A stretch of 64,000 nt of DNA from Octopus sinensis (taxonomy: Eukaryota): positions 31,992,001-32,056,000 of the forward strand of contig NC_043017.1 of NCBI RefSeq assembly GCF_006345805.1, given 5' to 3'. Positions 50,955-64,000 of the stretch are shown one piece after another. Each line of letters opens with the position of its first letter. Position 1 is the first letter of the stretch. Position numbers and translations under genes: made by a program. The notes beneath the pieces were generated by a model that was not told where the DNA came from, did not search any database, and was given only the letters and a program-made list of their open reading frames with translations.

Positions 50955-51120
50955 TATATGCACAGATTAAAGAGAGAATAAAAGGTAAAGAAAAATGAAA
51001 AAAAGTGCAACAAAATATAAAAAAAAACAAGTAAAATGCCAAAACGTAAGACTACCGAAATATATATACATAGATACATGTGTATATATAGATATATATA
51101 TGTATATATATATATATATA

Positions 51121-51164
<44 letters not shown>

Positions 51165-52021
51165 TATATCTATATATACACATGTGTGTGTGTGTTTATG
51201 TATATATATATATATATACATATATATACACGTGTGTGTGTGTTTATGTATAATATATATATATATATATATAAAATGTAACAAATAAATCAGATCAAAA
51301 CAGAAAGTGAAAGTAAAAAGAAAGCCAGCAACAACAACAAGAACAGCATTGAGAAAAGCCAGAAGTTCAATGTGTTTGGCACATTAGCTTAAGAGATATT
51401 TACGAAAGTGTTGTTGTTAGACTAGTCAAGTACAAGTTAGTCTTTTAGTTAAACATGGCTAGTAACCGTCTTCGTTATTTAATTCTACTAATATCACACT
51501 TTTTTTTTACTGATTTACTTGTTTTATTTTTATTATTCTTGTTGTTGTCGTTGTTTGGCGGTTCTTTTCAACTCTATTTTTACTTACTTGTTAGAGTGAA
51601 CAGAGAAGGTCACGGAAGCATTACTAATCACAGGTAAATTCGTTGTCGTGGTCACCGTCGACATCATACCATCGTCGCCTTCATCCTTGTCTCGTCATCG
51701 TTGTCACCATCATCGAAATTGACATTATCTTCCTCATCTTGAACCTCTTCCTCCTCTTCTTCATAATCATCACCATCATCAAGATGCCATCATCATCATC
51801 ATCATCCTCATCACCATGCTATCATCTTCATCGTTATCATCATTGAAATTCTCATCCTCATCCTGAACCGCCTCACCCTTCTCATCATTATCACCATCAT
51901 CATGACATCAAAATTGTCATCACCATCATCGTACCATAATCATCTTCATAATTATCATCATCATCCTCAACCATCATTGTCATCGTCTCCATTGTTGTAT
52001 TCATCCAATAACAGCATCATC

Positions 52022-52055
<34 letters not shown>

Positions 52056-53353
52056 TCATTATCGTTGCTCTCTTTGTCATTGTTATCTGTTGAGCACTTC
52101 ATGTCCTAAGATTGTACATACTCAATAAAGACAGAAACTCCTTTGGGTTTAATGTTCTCTTGGGACAGGTGACAGTGTCCTTAACCCACCTGCAAAAACT
52201 TACTTCACTTATAATGGGGATCTAGATGGGATTTCGAAATGCAGAACACAGAAAAAACCGAGTACCACAAACCTCTGACAATTTCGCCAATCCACCAATC
52301 TCGACTGGAGTCTTTTGCCGACCCTGAAAGAATAAAAAACAAATTTGACCATACAGAGATTTGAACTCAAGAGTCTAGATATTCAGAACAAATACTACAA
52401 GGTATCTAGTTTGATTCTCTAACAACTTTGCCAGTTTGCTACCTTTCATTGTTTCTCCTGTGGAATCTGAGATGCTTGGAGCAGTTTGGTCACTGACTAC
52501 AAAGCTTTTGATTTCTTTGGAATTTCTTGGAATTTCAGTCAGACAAGGTGTAATGTCAAGAAAAGTCTGTGAATGTGTGTGACTGTTCTAAACTCTTGGC
52601 TTTGCAATTGTTTGTAGTGATATTTGTGAGTGTCTTGTGTTCGGCTTTTATTGAAAATGAGAAAAACGGAAAAAAGTAAAGACACTAAAAGGAAAACTTT
52701 TGGGGAGGGGGAAATTCACAACCAAATTTAACGACCTGTTATATTAATGATGATGTGATAATGAGGAGGCAGAGGAGGATGAACATGATGATGATAATGG
52801 TGGTGATGGTGGAGTAGTAAGGGATTGTAAATTCCACAGTCTTTTCAAATGGCTAATAATGGCTCAAAATCTCTCGTGGAAGCGTCATCCAACCAAAGTA
52901 CAAATATATGGGGAATTACCACCTGTATCATCTCTTGTGAAAGGTAGAAGAGTCCAGTTTGCTGGACATTGTTGTAGAACTGAAAACGAGGCAATTTCTA
53001 CTCTTCTCCTCTAGAAGCCATCTGCTCACGACACCCAGAGTGGCGCACACTCTCCTACCCTGTTGAAATCTCCAGGGATACAGGCATCCAGCAACGGGAC
53101 CTCCTAATGCTATGATGGACCTGAAGTCTGGTGTGACATAGTAAATTCCATTGTCTCAACCACGGTCGAACAATGACTATGAGTAAGGGATTTGGAGAAA
53201 ACTGCAGAATATATTTCTTATCCCTTATCCTTGTTAGTTCAAGAACATCAATAACAAAAAAATGTCTTCTCTGTGCTCTTCCTCTTTATCTCTATCATCA
53301 TCATCATCACCATCATCTGCACCACCACCACCACCACCATATCATCATCATCA

Positions 53354-53385
<32 letters not shown>

Positions 53386-53540
53386 ACCATCATCATCACC
53401 ATCATCATCATCATCACCGTCATCATCATTATCATCACCATCATCATCATCATCATCATCACCGTCATCATCATTATCATCATCATCATCATCATCACCA
53501 TCATCATCATCACCATCATCACCATCATCATCATCATCTA
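50120..53540. repeat. (ATT)n, (CAT/CAC)n and (TA/CA)n low-complexity blocks
   Basis: Blocks at about 50120-50640, 51060-51275, 51640-52090, 53290-53540. Confidence 0.85.
52835..53176 (+). mobile_element. RTE-clade LINE 3' fragment
   Basis: AQNLSWKRHPTKVQIYGELPPVSSLVKGRRVQFAGHC..ISRDTGIQ..MMD..IVSTTVEQ* with frameshifts. Confidence 0.75.
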
Positions 53541-53727
53541 TTTTTCTTCCTCATACTCTCCTTTTCTAAACCTTCCTTAATATATAATTCATGGTAAAAT
53601 ATTATTAAAATTATTTGAAAGACACTTTCATAGAGAATAAAAGAAGCAGGTCCATCACCCAGAGTTGAATGAGCCCTAGGAACAAAATAATTTCATAACC
53701 CAAGTTATAGGTTTCTAGGCTTTAGAA

Positions 53728-53946
53728 CAGTGCTTTTCAAACTTTTTGCTGGAGCGGAACCCCAAGGAAACATTCCACTGGCTCGAGGAACCCCTGTGCA
53801 ATAATTTAATAGTCTTATGCACACATATCTGCACAGGAGAATTTAAAATTATTGCCAATTTTAGCAGTTTTGCAACTTCTTGCAGAACCCCTGTTCTGTA
53901 CTGGCGGAACCCTAAGGTTCCGCGGAACCCTGGTTGAAAACCACTG
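53728..53946. mobile_element. hAT MITE with a perfect 8-bp TSD CTTTAGAA
   Basis: TIRs CAGTGCTTTTCAA / TTGAAAACCACTG; TSD at 53720-53727 and 53947-53954. Confidence 0.92.
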
Positions 53947-54249
53947 CTTTAGAAATAAGACCAATACAAGATTTAATCTTGTATTGGTCTTGTTTCTAAA
54001 GCCTAGAAACCTATAACTTAACAAGACCACCATATACCAGAGACCCTACCTTTCCAGGAGAAATATGCTAAAGGCTTTATTATTAGAGAATTGTATTGGG
54101 TTCAGCTTTTATGAACCCCTGGTGTTTAACCATTTAGCATTTAATCTGATCGTTTCTGGCCCAAATATTCTGCTTGTTATGTGTTAAAATTGACCAGATC
54201 CAACTTCTCACACCTGTCTTACAATGTCAATCTAAAAATATACAAACAC

Positions 54250-54413
54250 AGGTGTGGCTGTGTGGTAAGAAGCTAGCTTCCCAACCACATGGTTCCAGGT
54301 TCACTCCCAATGTGTGGCACTGTGGAAAAGTGTCTGCTATTATACCCTTGGTCTGAACAACACCTTATGAGTGGATTTGGTAGAGAGAAATAGAAGGAAG
54401 CCTGTTGTATATC

Positions 54414-54453
<40 letters not shown>

Positions 54454-54461
54454 CACACACC

Positions 54462-54492
<31 letters not shown>

Positions 54493-54527
54493 TATATATA
54501 TACACACACACACATATATATGTATAT

Positions 54528-54576
<49 letters not shown>

Positions 54577-54830
54577 TATATATGTATATATGCACACACA
54601 TATATATATATATAATGTGTGTCTTTGTTTGTCCCTCACCACCGTTTGACAACCAGTATTGGTTTATTTACATCCCCATAACTTAGCAGTTTGACAAAGG
54701 AGACTGACAGAATATGCATTAAGCTTAAACAAAAACCAAGTATTGTGGTCGATTCATTTGACTAAAAGTTCTTCAAGTCAGTGCCCCAGCATGGCCAGAG
54801 TCTAATGACTGACACCAGGGAAAGATAAAA
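54250..54830 (+). mobile_element. Diverged SINE family A with an expanded (TA/CA)n
   Basis: Head, body and tail recognisable. Confidence 0.7.
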
Positions 54831-55103
54831 CACACCATTGAAATTTTGAAGCTATAGGATAATATGCGATTACTTCAAAATGATGTGAATGAATAAACAG
54901 GAAACTTGACTACGAAATCTGATTGCTTATGGGTTAAAGTGGACCCTGTGTTTGCAATGGTTGTTGGAAATGATACCTTTGAAATTAAAAGCTTATAAAC
55001 AATCAGTTCTGATTCAGTGATTCTGCACGTATTCTGTTATTCCATCTAAGAGAAAGAAAGACCCCCTTCTGGGTCATTTTCTGCTAGTCCCCTACTTGTA
55101 ATT

Positions 55104-55524
55104 GGATCTCTTCAGTTTGAACGGAAGTTTTTTCTAGCGGTGTCATATGAAATAGTCACCCATTATTATGACCCTAGTATCGATCTATTGCATTTCAATC
55201 TATTTTAGGCTTAGGGTTAGTTAGGGGTGGGGAGGAAGGGTATCTTTTTTTTTTCACAAATGTAAATAAACCCAATCTGAATTTTAAACAAGGGACATAT
55301 TCATACGACACAGAATGCTTTTTAACTCAATAGATATCACTGATTGGTTGAAATTGCAGAAATTGAAGAAAAAAACAGCAAATATCTCACAAACTATAGA
55401 ATTTTCTCAATAATGCCAAGAGAAAAGATGTTTTATAAACACATTCTACCAATATACGAAGTTTAAAAGTGTTTAGTTACCTAGAAATTATTTTTAAAAT
55501 CTGCCATTCAAACCGAAAAGATCC
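55104..55524. mobile_element. MITE with ~21-bp TIRs
   Basis: GGATCTCTTCAGTTTGAACGG versus reverse complement of CCATTCAAACCGAAAAGATCC. Confidence 0.65.
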
Positions 55525-55639
55525 TTATAATTTGCGTAATTTTTCTGAGATGTTGCATCAAATTTTTCTTTGCATCGTTTATTCGTCTAATAGTGCTTTC
55601 TTGCTTAATAAATATTTCTTTTGTTGCTTTATTGCAGCC

Positions 55640-55970
55640 TTCATCAGTGGTTAGAGCAACAGGCTCACACTCATGAGGTAGTGAGTTCGATTCCTGGACT
55701 GGGCTGTGTGTTGTGTTCTTGAGCAAGACACTTTATTTCACGTTGCTCCAGTTCACTCAGCTGTAGAAATGAGTTGCGACGTCACAGGTACCAGATGTAT
55801 CGCCTTTGCCTTTCCCTTGGATAACACTGGTGGTGTGGAGAGGGGAGGCCGGTATGCTCGGTGACTGGTTGTCTTCCATACATAACCTTGCTCAGACTTT
55901 TTACATTAGATGGGAACTTTCTAGGTATAATCCCATGGTCATTCAGGACCAAAGAGGGTATTTTCTCCTT
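55640..55970 (+). mobile_element. tRNA-headed SINE, family D
   Basis: TCAGTGGTTAGAGC A box, GAGTTCGATTCC B box, TTCTTGAGCAAGACACTT core; related copy at about 37310-37540. Confidence 0.65.
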
Positions 55971-56114
55971 TTAGTTTCACTCTTTTAAACAATGGCGGTG
56001 CCCCAGCATGGCCACAGCTCGTGAGCTGAAACTAGATGAAATAAAAAAACTTTAAAAAACTCAAAAGTAGTCCATGTGGTCATTTATCATGCTAAAAATA
56101 GCAAGGATCAGGTG

Positions 56115-56148
<34 letters not shown>

Positions 56149-56876
56149 TAAAAGGAATTCCAACCTTGTCTGATTTTCACATTTTATTTACAATCTTATA
56201 ATGATATAATATAATATAATAAAATAAAATAAAATAATAGAATGTTAAATGTTCATTCTGATTGAACTAGTACTTTCATGGATTAAATTATGCAATCTTC
56301 AGGTTCATGTAGTAGTGGTGACAGTCATGCTTCACAATTTTTGACTGTAGCGAGATGGTTAAATCTGTACCTTAAATATACCTGTGTAGGCACCAGATTG
56401 CTAGGTTTTGCAAACTGTATTCTGACCAATCAGTGTGTAGCATCACTCAATTACTTAAGCTGATTGGTTTAGGCATCACGCTTTGTTGAACATGTCAAGA
56501 TTCCTGTATCTTAACCCTGGCCGAGGCAGCAAGTATATATGTATATGTATGTATATATATGTATATATACATATATATATATATTATATATATATATTAT
56601 ATATATATATATATTTACATTAAGGGCTTTTATGTATAATACAATGTGTTTATTATGGTATCTTTTTACATTAAGAGTCCCTCCTAGCATGAGGCATTTA
56701 TGTGTAGTAATGCCCTTAATATAAATAGATATCTTTAAAGGGTATTATTAATAAATTTTTCCCTTATGAGGTTTTTCACACTAACAACTTGATAAATTCT
56801 TATAAAGATTTTATCCTATTTTTAAATTGTATATATATATATATATATACATATATATATAAAATATCAATATATA

Positions 56877-57699
56877 GGCGCAGGAGTGGCTGTATGGTAA
56901 GTAGCTTGTTTACCAACCACATGGTTCCGGGTTCAGTCCCACTGCGTGGCACCTTGGGCAAGTGTCTTCTGCTATAGCCCCGGGCCGACCAATGCCTTGT
57001 GAGTGGATTTGGTAGACGGAAACTGAAAGAAGCTGTCGTATATATGTATATATATATGTATGTGTGTGTGTTTGTGTGTCTGTGTTTGTCCCCTAGCATT
57101 GCTTGACAACCGATGCTGGTGTGTTTACGTCCCCGTCACTTAGCGGTTCGGCAAAAGAGATAGATAGAATATGTACTGGGCTTACAAAGAATAAGTCCCA
57201 GGGTCGATTTGCTCGATTAAAGGCGGTGCTCCAGCATGGCCGCAGTCATATGACTGAAACAAGTAAAAGAGTAAAGAGTATATATATATACTCTTTTTTT
57301 TACTCTTTTACTTGTTTCAGTCATTTGACTGCGGCCATGCTGGAGCACCGCCTTTAATCGAGCAAATCGACCCTGGGACTTATTCTTTGTAAGCCCAGTA
57401 CTTATTCTATCTATCTCTTTTGCCGAACCGCTAAGTGACGGGGACGTAAACACACCAGCATCGGTTGTCAAGCAATGCTAGGGGGACAAACACAGACACA
57501 CAAACACACACACATACATATATATATACATATATACGACAGGCTTCTTTCAGTTTCCGTCTACCAAATCCACTCACAAGGCATTGGTCGGCCCGGGGCT
57601 ATAGCAGAAGACACTTGCCCAAGGTGCCACGCAGTGGGACTGAACCCGGAACCATGTGGTTGGTAAACAAGCTACTTACCATACAGCCACTCCTGCGCC
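56877..57699. mobile_element. Tail-to-tail pair of family A SINEs (56877-57281 plus, 57294-57699 minus)
   Basis: About 400-bp inverted arms with an ~12-bp AT spacer. Confidence 0.92.
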
Positions 57700-58672
57700 A
57701 AATATCAAATATGAATATATATACATCATATATTCTGATATGCCATGTAAAGCATACCAATATACCATACCAACAAATTTATCTCAGATCTTTTGTTGTT
57801 TTTTTTATGTGTTCTTTTTTTATTATTATGCTGGTATAGCAATTTCAGATTCTTCCACCCCACCAGCAGTGCTGAACAGGGTAATTTGAAATCATGTTCG
57901 GATTAAATGGGATTGGAAGTTGGGGCTTGAATGATATTGATTTCAAACTACCCTGAGATGGTGGGGGTGTAATTTGAAATTACATGTGGGTAATTTGAAA
58001 TTACCCCTGGGGTGTAACTTGAAATCAGTCTCTTCCTACTGGCTAGGATTTCAGATTACCCACTTAAATCCTTTTCCAAATGCTTGTTGCCGTGGTAGCA
58101 AATACAGTGTGCTTTGTGAGTGTGCGTGTACACATTAGGTACAAATGTGTAAATCACAGAGAAATAATTTTGGGTGTCCACTTAAAATTGAAAAAAGTCA
58201 CATTTAAAGTGTATAAATATATATTTTTTTTTTTAGATAATAGTTGTGTATGAATATATTTTGTTTTGTGTACAAGCATATATATTTCACTTACATTTAA
58301 AGCATATGTATAATAATGTATTTTGTTTTGTACAACATATATTGATTGCTAGTTTTTTTTATTAAAAAACTGTTTTTGTTAATAAAAAATTGTAGACTCA
58401 GAGTCTCTGATGTTTAAAGTGTTTTTTAAAGGCATCATAAAAATATAAAGAGTTGTACTGGAGAAATTGATATCGAAGACCTTATTGTAGGTTCTAACAC
58501 ACGTGATTTTTTCATTGACATATTACATTGTATGTTTTAGTATTTATAACTTTTATAAACACTCTACAAATGTACAGAGATGAGAAATGATACTTTTTAT
58601 TCCTGCTCGCCGTATGAATTATTATAACATGAACAGAGGAGGTTTCAGTAAAGGAGTTAAAGATCAGAAATA

Positions 58673-60010
58673 TCTATTATATAAAATCTGTTCTGTCTGT
58701 CTGTGTGTGTGTGTCTTCTAGGATCTTGGGCATCCTCCATCCGATTGTGCTCAAATTTGATATGTAGATACTGATGGTATCTACATATGTATAAGTCTTG
58801 AAAAATCACAAAAATCGATTCCTGGTGAGAATGCAATCAATAAAGCCGTGGGGACGTGCATTTGTACCTGCAAGTACATCAGCTGTTGCGCGAGAAAAAT
58901 GCACATGCAGTTTCCTACATGTTTTTCAGATAAACTTATTATTGTCCCAGGTACGTTCTCATAAATTCATCATGCTTTTCCATCTAGATTTACCTCCTGT
59001 TAACCCATTTGCATGCATAGTTTTTGTCCTGCTTTTCTTCCGTCAATCTGTACATAACTGCACCTTCCGTTTATCGTTGTTTTTGTACTGCTTAAAGGCA
59101 CGTTTCTTTCCTGCCAAGCTTACTGTTTAAACCATGCTTGTGTTCTCCCAGTCAACAGTGTTATCATTACTAGTACTATAAACTCTTTGATTGCATACTT
59201 GTGTGAATAAAATCGTTTTTCTTTGGAATAGAAAAAAGTCTATCTTTATTTCTTCTTTTGCTGGTGTCTCAAATTTAAGTTAAATCAGTGTTTCTCAAAG
59301 GGGAGGCCTATGGGACGGTGGGACAAGTTGTTTTGAGAAAATTTGGATTAAATGTTTGACAACTCAGCATCGTCCATTGGACGGTGGGCGTTTTGCTTGT
59401 ATATATATATATATATATAAGAGACAGAAAGATAGATAGACACATAAAGAGAGAGAGATTGTTGCTCAAATAACTGATATACAAATCTAAGACATTAAAA
59501 ATGCATGTCACAGTAAATAGAATTATGTGTTTGGATTAACATTTAGGTGAAATTTTCAATAATACAAGAATTTTAATAACCATATTTCGATAAAAAAAAA
59601 TTTGATTCGAAAAGTATATGAATCTGCTAGACAGTAAAGACTTTAATAATTGCTTCCGTATAATAAAAGTTACATAATCACAACTAATTAAAGCTCAGGA
59701 GATTACAGTGAAGGAGTTAGCTATCAGAAAAATATACACATAGAAAAAGACGGAAACAGAGAAAAAAAGAGAGATTGTTACTTCATTGTTGGTTTATAAA
59801 TGTGAGACATTAAAAAAAAGCATGTCGTAGTGAATAAAATTATGTGTTTTCATTAGCATGAAGTCAAAATCTTCAATAATACAAGAAGTTTAAAAACCAC
59901 ATTTTGGTTAAAAAAAATAATAAATAATAAATGTGGAAATTTGCTAGACAGTAAAGACTTTAATAATTACTTCCTTTTAATAAAAGTTACATAATCATAA
60001 CTAATTAATG
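58673..60010 (+). mobile_element. Helitron-like non-autonomous element with an internal ~320-bp-period duplication
   Basis: TCTATTATATAAAATCTGTTCTGTCTGTCTG start; 59500-59690 repeated at 59818-60008; 3' end not defined. Confidence 0.4.
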
Positions 60011-60351
60011 AGCAGCTTTCTTTATTATTATTATCGTTATTACACTACTATGAATACTCTCAATACACACTTTTGGTTTTGCTCTTTTGATTAACTTCTG
60101 TCTTTTACTTGTTTTAGTCATGAGGCTGTGGCCATGCTGGGGCACCACCTTGAATTGAGGGTGAACTTATTGACACTAACACTTATTGGTACTATTTTTT
60201 ATCAGTCTGTTTTGCTGCTAAGTTACAGAGAGATAAACACACACTCACCAATTGTCAAGCGGTGTGGGGGACAGATGCATGCACAAATATGCATGTATGC
60301 ACACACACACACACGCATGCACACACACACGTATGCACACACACACCACAC

Positions 60352-60388
<37 letters not shown>

Positions 60389-60578
60389 TATCTTTTCCGA
60401 TCGCCAGATAATTGAAGAGATGGCGGTGTGGATTTCCACCCCGAAATCTGAAACTCAGAGTTTTATCTTGGCTACTGAATAATTATCACATATTACATTA
60501 CAGATAATTCCTCTATTTACATAATATCGAGGTCTCTTTAATTCTTTTGTTGTCTTACCATTTCTATCAATATATATA

Positions 60579-60634
<56 letters not shown>

Positions 60635-60647
60635 ATGGAGAATTCAC

Positions 60648-60790
60648 ATAAAAAAACAAAAGACAAAGACAGGTGGTGTAGACCACAAACAGATGTATTA
60701 GTATAAGGCTCAAGAAGTGAAAAAGTCTTTAATGTTTCGAGCCTACACTCTTCCACAGAAAGGAACACAGAAAGAAACATGGAAAAAAAA
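60648..60790 (-). mobile_element. Hammerhead-variant repeat (second family); motif at 60727-60762
   Basis: CUUU-CUGUGGA-A-GAGU(GUAG)GCUC-GAAA-CAUU-AAAG; flanked by (TA)n. Confidence 0.55.
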
Positions 60791-61353
60791 GAATGTGTAG
60801 TGGCTAGCAATCTATCATATATATATATATATATATACATATATATACATGTATATATATACATATATATACATATATACATATGTATATATATATACAT
60901 ATATATACATATATACATATATATACATATATTTTCTTTAAGGGAACATTTTTCTGGTTGAAATACACCGGAAAATGGCGACACAGCAGTAAAAAAATCG
61001 TAAAATATAGGGATTTTCATAGAAAAAAAAGTACCTTTTTGATGTAAATAATTTTTGGTGTTAACATGGTTCAATTTGAATTTTTTCTTCTACAGAACGA
61101 AGAGCAAGCCTTCTTCTATCATACTTTCAATTTTGGTCAACTTGCGTTGCAGGGTCTCGGAGGAGATAGTGTTAGCTGAAGGCTACCAAACCTGCCACAC
61201 ACAGACAACTTCAGCTTTATATAGAGAGAGGTTTGGTGAAATATTTTATTTCTGTCTGGAAATTTGCTTGTGACCATTGCTTGTCAAATGTTTGAAATAT
61301 TTTGTGTTGTTTTTAAATTTTTTATGTTGTTTTACAGATGCGTACACATATGC

Positions 61354-61392
<39 letters not shown>

Positions 61393-62424
61393 GATTCTTA
61401 TTTCTGTACATAGATTTACATAGCTGTATATGCAAAGTGTGTGCATGTGAAGAAGGCAATGAAAACAAAAAAGAAGTTCATTAAAACAGTTTTAATTAAT
61501 GTTGCCTTATTTTAATGCTTAAAAGGAATGGAAAACAGTCTTCATGTTTCTGATGCTAGCTCTTCATCAGAAGAAAAATAGAAAAGAAGAAACTAAATAA
61601 AAGAATAATAAAAGGTGTTTCAAAAAATATTTTTTAAATTGAGTAAAGGTGGTTGGAGAAAAAAAAATGTGGACAGGGGCCAGGTGAGAATACAGTTCTA
61701 TAAGGTATACAAAAATGTTCAACGAACGGGAATGCAAAACTCTGTGCATCAGTCTTTGTGATATTTTTGCTGCTTTTTAATAAAGCATATTACTCACAAG
61801 GCTTTGGTCAGCCCAAGGCTATAGTAGAAGACACTTGCCCAAGGTGCCACACAGTGGGACTGAACTTGGAACCATGTGGTTGTTAAGCAAGCTACTTACC
61901 ACACAGCCACTCCTGCACCTACATACATATTTATAATCATAACAGCTGTTTTCCAATGAAAACAAAAAGAAATAGCTTGAGTCGTTAGCTGTTGAAGAGG
62001 TTACATTCTCTTAAAGGCCATACTGGTTAACTGCTGGAAATGTCGCAGCATACAGTCTTACAATAAATTATTGTTATATACGGGATACCACTGTCAAGTT
62101 TTATGAACATCTGGGTGTTTAAGGTTGATCCCATTCATAGAGTACTTCCAGAGTTCAATGTTCTTTAAATTAAACAAATTACAATAATTGAATTCAAAAG
62201 CAACAATAAATGGGTAGTCTTCATTTTTGCCATCTTATTCACTACTTTGATACATTTAACTTGTAATACAATACCAGAGCGTAATTACTATTTTTCCCCG
62301 TAAACAAAATCAGTTTGAATTTATCAGATTACAAGGAAGCCTAAATTGAAACGAGGTGTCTTAAATTAAAAACCTAGCCATTTTATTGTGCATCCAACTG
62401 CATGTTTGAACAGCCAACATAGCT

Positions 62425-62453
62425 ATCTATCTGTCTGTCTATCTATCTATCTT

Positions 62454-62508
<55 letters not shown>

Positions 62509-62561
62509 GTCTATTTGTCTATCTATCTGTCTATCTGTCTATCTATCTATCTATCTATCTT

Positions 62562-62596
<35 letters not shown>

Positions 62597-62609
62597 GTCT
62601 ATTTGTCTG

Positions 62610-62680
<71 letters not shown>

Positions 62681-62775
62681 GTCTGTCTGTCTGTCTGTCT
62701 ATTTGTCTGTCTGTCTATCTATCTACCTGTCTTATCTGTCTATCTTAGTTATCTATCTATCTGTCTATCTGTCTA
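62425..62775. repeat. (TCTA/TCTG)n tetranucleotide repeat
   Basis: Seen directly. Confidence 0.95.
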
Positions 62776-62779
62776 TGTA

Positions 62780-62929
62780 TGCATGGCTGTGTGATAAGAA
62801 ACTTGCTTCCCAATTACATGGTTCCAGGTTCAGTCCCACTCTGTAGCACCTTGAGTAGGTGTCTTCTATACCTTCAAGCCAACCAAAACCTTGTCAATGG
62901 ATTTGATAGATGGAAACAAAAAGAAGCCT

Positions 62930-62967
<38 letters not shown>

Positions 62968-63170
62968 CGTGTGTGTATGTTTTGCCCCCCCCCCCATTCC
63001 CCATATCGAGAGTTGTTGTTGTTGTTGTGTTATGTCCCCATGACTTAGTGGTTTGGCAAAGGTGATCAACAGAAGAACTACCAGGCTCAAAAAAATAAGT
63101 ATGGGAGTCAATTCATTTGATCAAAATTCTTCAAGGCAGTGCCCCAGCATGGCCATAGTCTAATGACTGA
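62780..63170 (+). mobile_element. Diverged SINE family A
   Basis: Head and tail recognisable. Confidence 0.7.
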
Positions 63171-63194
63171 AAGATGCCACAGAGCAAAGATACA

Positions 63195-63450
63195 TCATCA
63201 TCATCTTCATCATCGTTTAGCATCCGCTTTCCGTGCTAGCATGGGTTGGACGGTTCAGCAGGGGATCTGGGAAGCCAGAAGGCTGCACCAGGCTCCAGTC
63301 TGATTTGGCAATGTTTCTACAGCTGGATGCCCTTCCTAACACCAACCACTCTGAGAGTGTAGTGGATGCTTTTTATGTGCCACCGGCACAGGTGCCAGAC
63401 AAGGCTGGCAAACGGCCACGATCAGATGGTGTTTTTTACATGCCACCGGC
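63195..63450 (-). mobile_element. RTE-type 3' tail element
   Basis: (CAT)n then GCATGGGTTGGACGG..CTGGATGCCCTTCCTAAC. Confidence 0.65.
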
Positions 63451-64000
63451 ATGGAGGCCAATTTATTTGTAAAGACATACGTGTATGTTATGCCCAAGGA
63501 AACAGAAACTTCAGGTTTGATATTGAGATATGCATTTAGCCTTCTAGAGTTGCTTGGACTCTAAGCAAGGATAAAAGCAACTGACGCAGGAGATGGAGAA
63601 CCCAGGAGATGGGTTTGCAGCAGACAATTGCAACAACTTTCTGCTGTTACCTTTTCCAAAATGTGTGGCTGGTTCTGCACAATCCTTTACAACTAAAAAG
63701 AAATCTTTTATGCGGATAGCCTTGCAGCTATAATATGATATCAGTTGCTAGACCCTCACATGTTGAAACTGATAGGTGAATCCACACACACACACACACA
63801 CTCACGCGCACACACAAACACACACAGAGCTAGATATTGCAAAGCCTCCCTGTGGATGGCCTAACAATGTAAGTACATTCCTTCTATGTTATTGATGTGT
63901 AGAAAAAAATTATAGAACCTCCTGATACACTGTTTCATGATTTGTTGATCATTCTTCAGGGAACTTTTTTCAGCACATCAATAGCATTGAAAGGCTGTAC

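Noticed and set aside
55205-55230. TTAGGG telomere-like motif
   Set aside because: One or two imperfect copies inside a MITE, not an array.
61541-61575. CUGAUGA..GAAAC hammerhead-like string on the minus strand
   Set aside because: Stem II does not pair and the cleavage triplet would end in G; at best a relic.
63560-63690. Cadherin-like IKATDAGDGEP motif
   Set aside because: In-frame stop just upstream, no acceptor and no other cadherin motifs.

Overview
AT-rich, microsatellite- and transposon-dense metazoan DNA. The SINE families and (TA)n/(ATT)n/(CAT)n load suggest an octopus (inference). No host protein-coding gene can be called with confidence, and most listed ORFs are microsatellite read-throughs or TE relics. 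Recognisable elements: about 20 tRNA-headed SINEs of several families, two mariners, a Buster-type hAT interrupted by a probable solo LTR, a deleted Gypsy, CR1-, RTE- and R4/Dong-like LINE 3' ends, TTAA and hAT MITEs, and Helitron-like elements. The standout is a 5.8-kb array (3981-9760) of about nine and a third ~605-bp monomers inserted in the (TA)n tract of a SINE. On the minus strand each full monomer carries a type I hammerhead ribozyme fold (CCACG-CUGAAGA-long stem II-GAAACGUACGUC/CGUGG), and the array ends in a 5' fold-back inversion. This is the architecture of a retrozyme or Penelope pseudo-LTR concatemer. A diverged relative and two other hammerhead-bearing families also occur in the window, all in (TA)n tracts. 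All calls were made by eye; no folding, alignment or database search was run, and boundaries of degraded elements are approximate.
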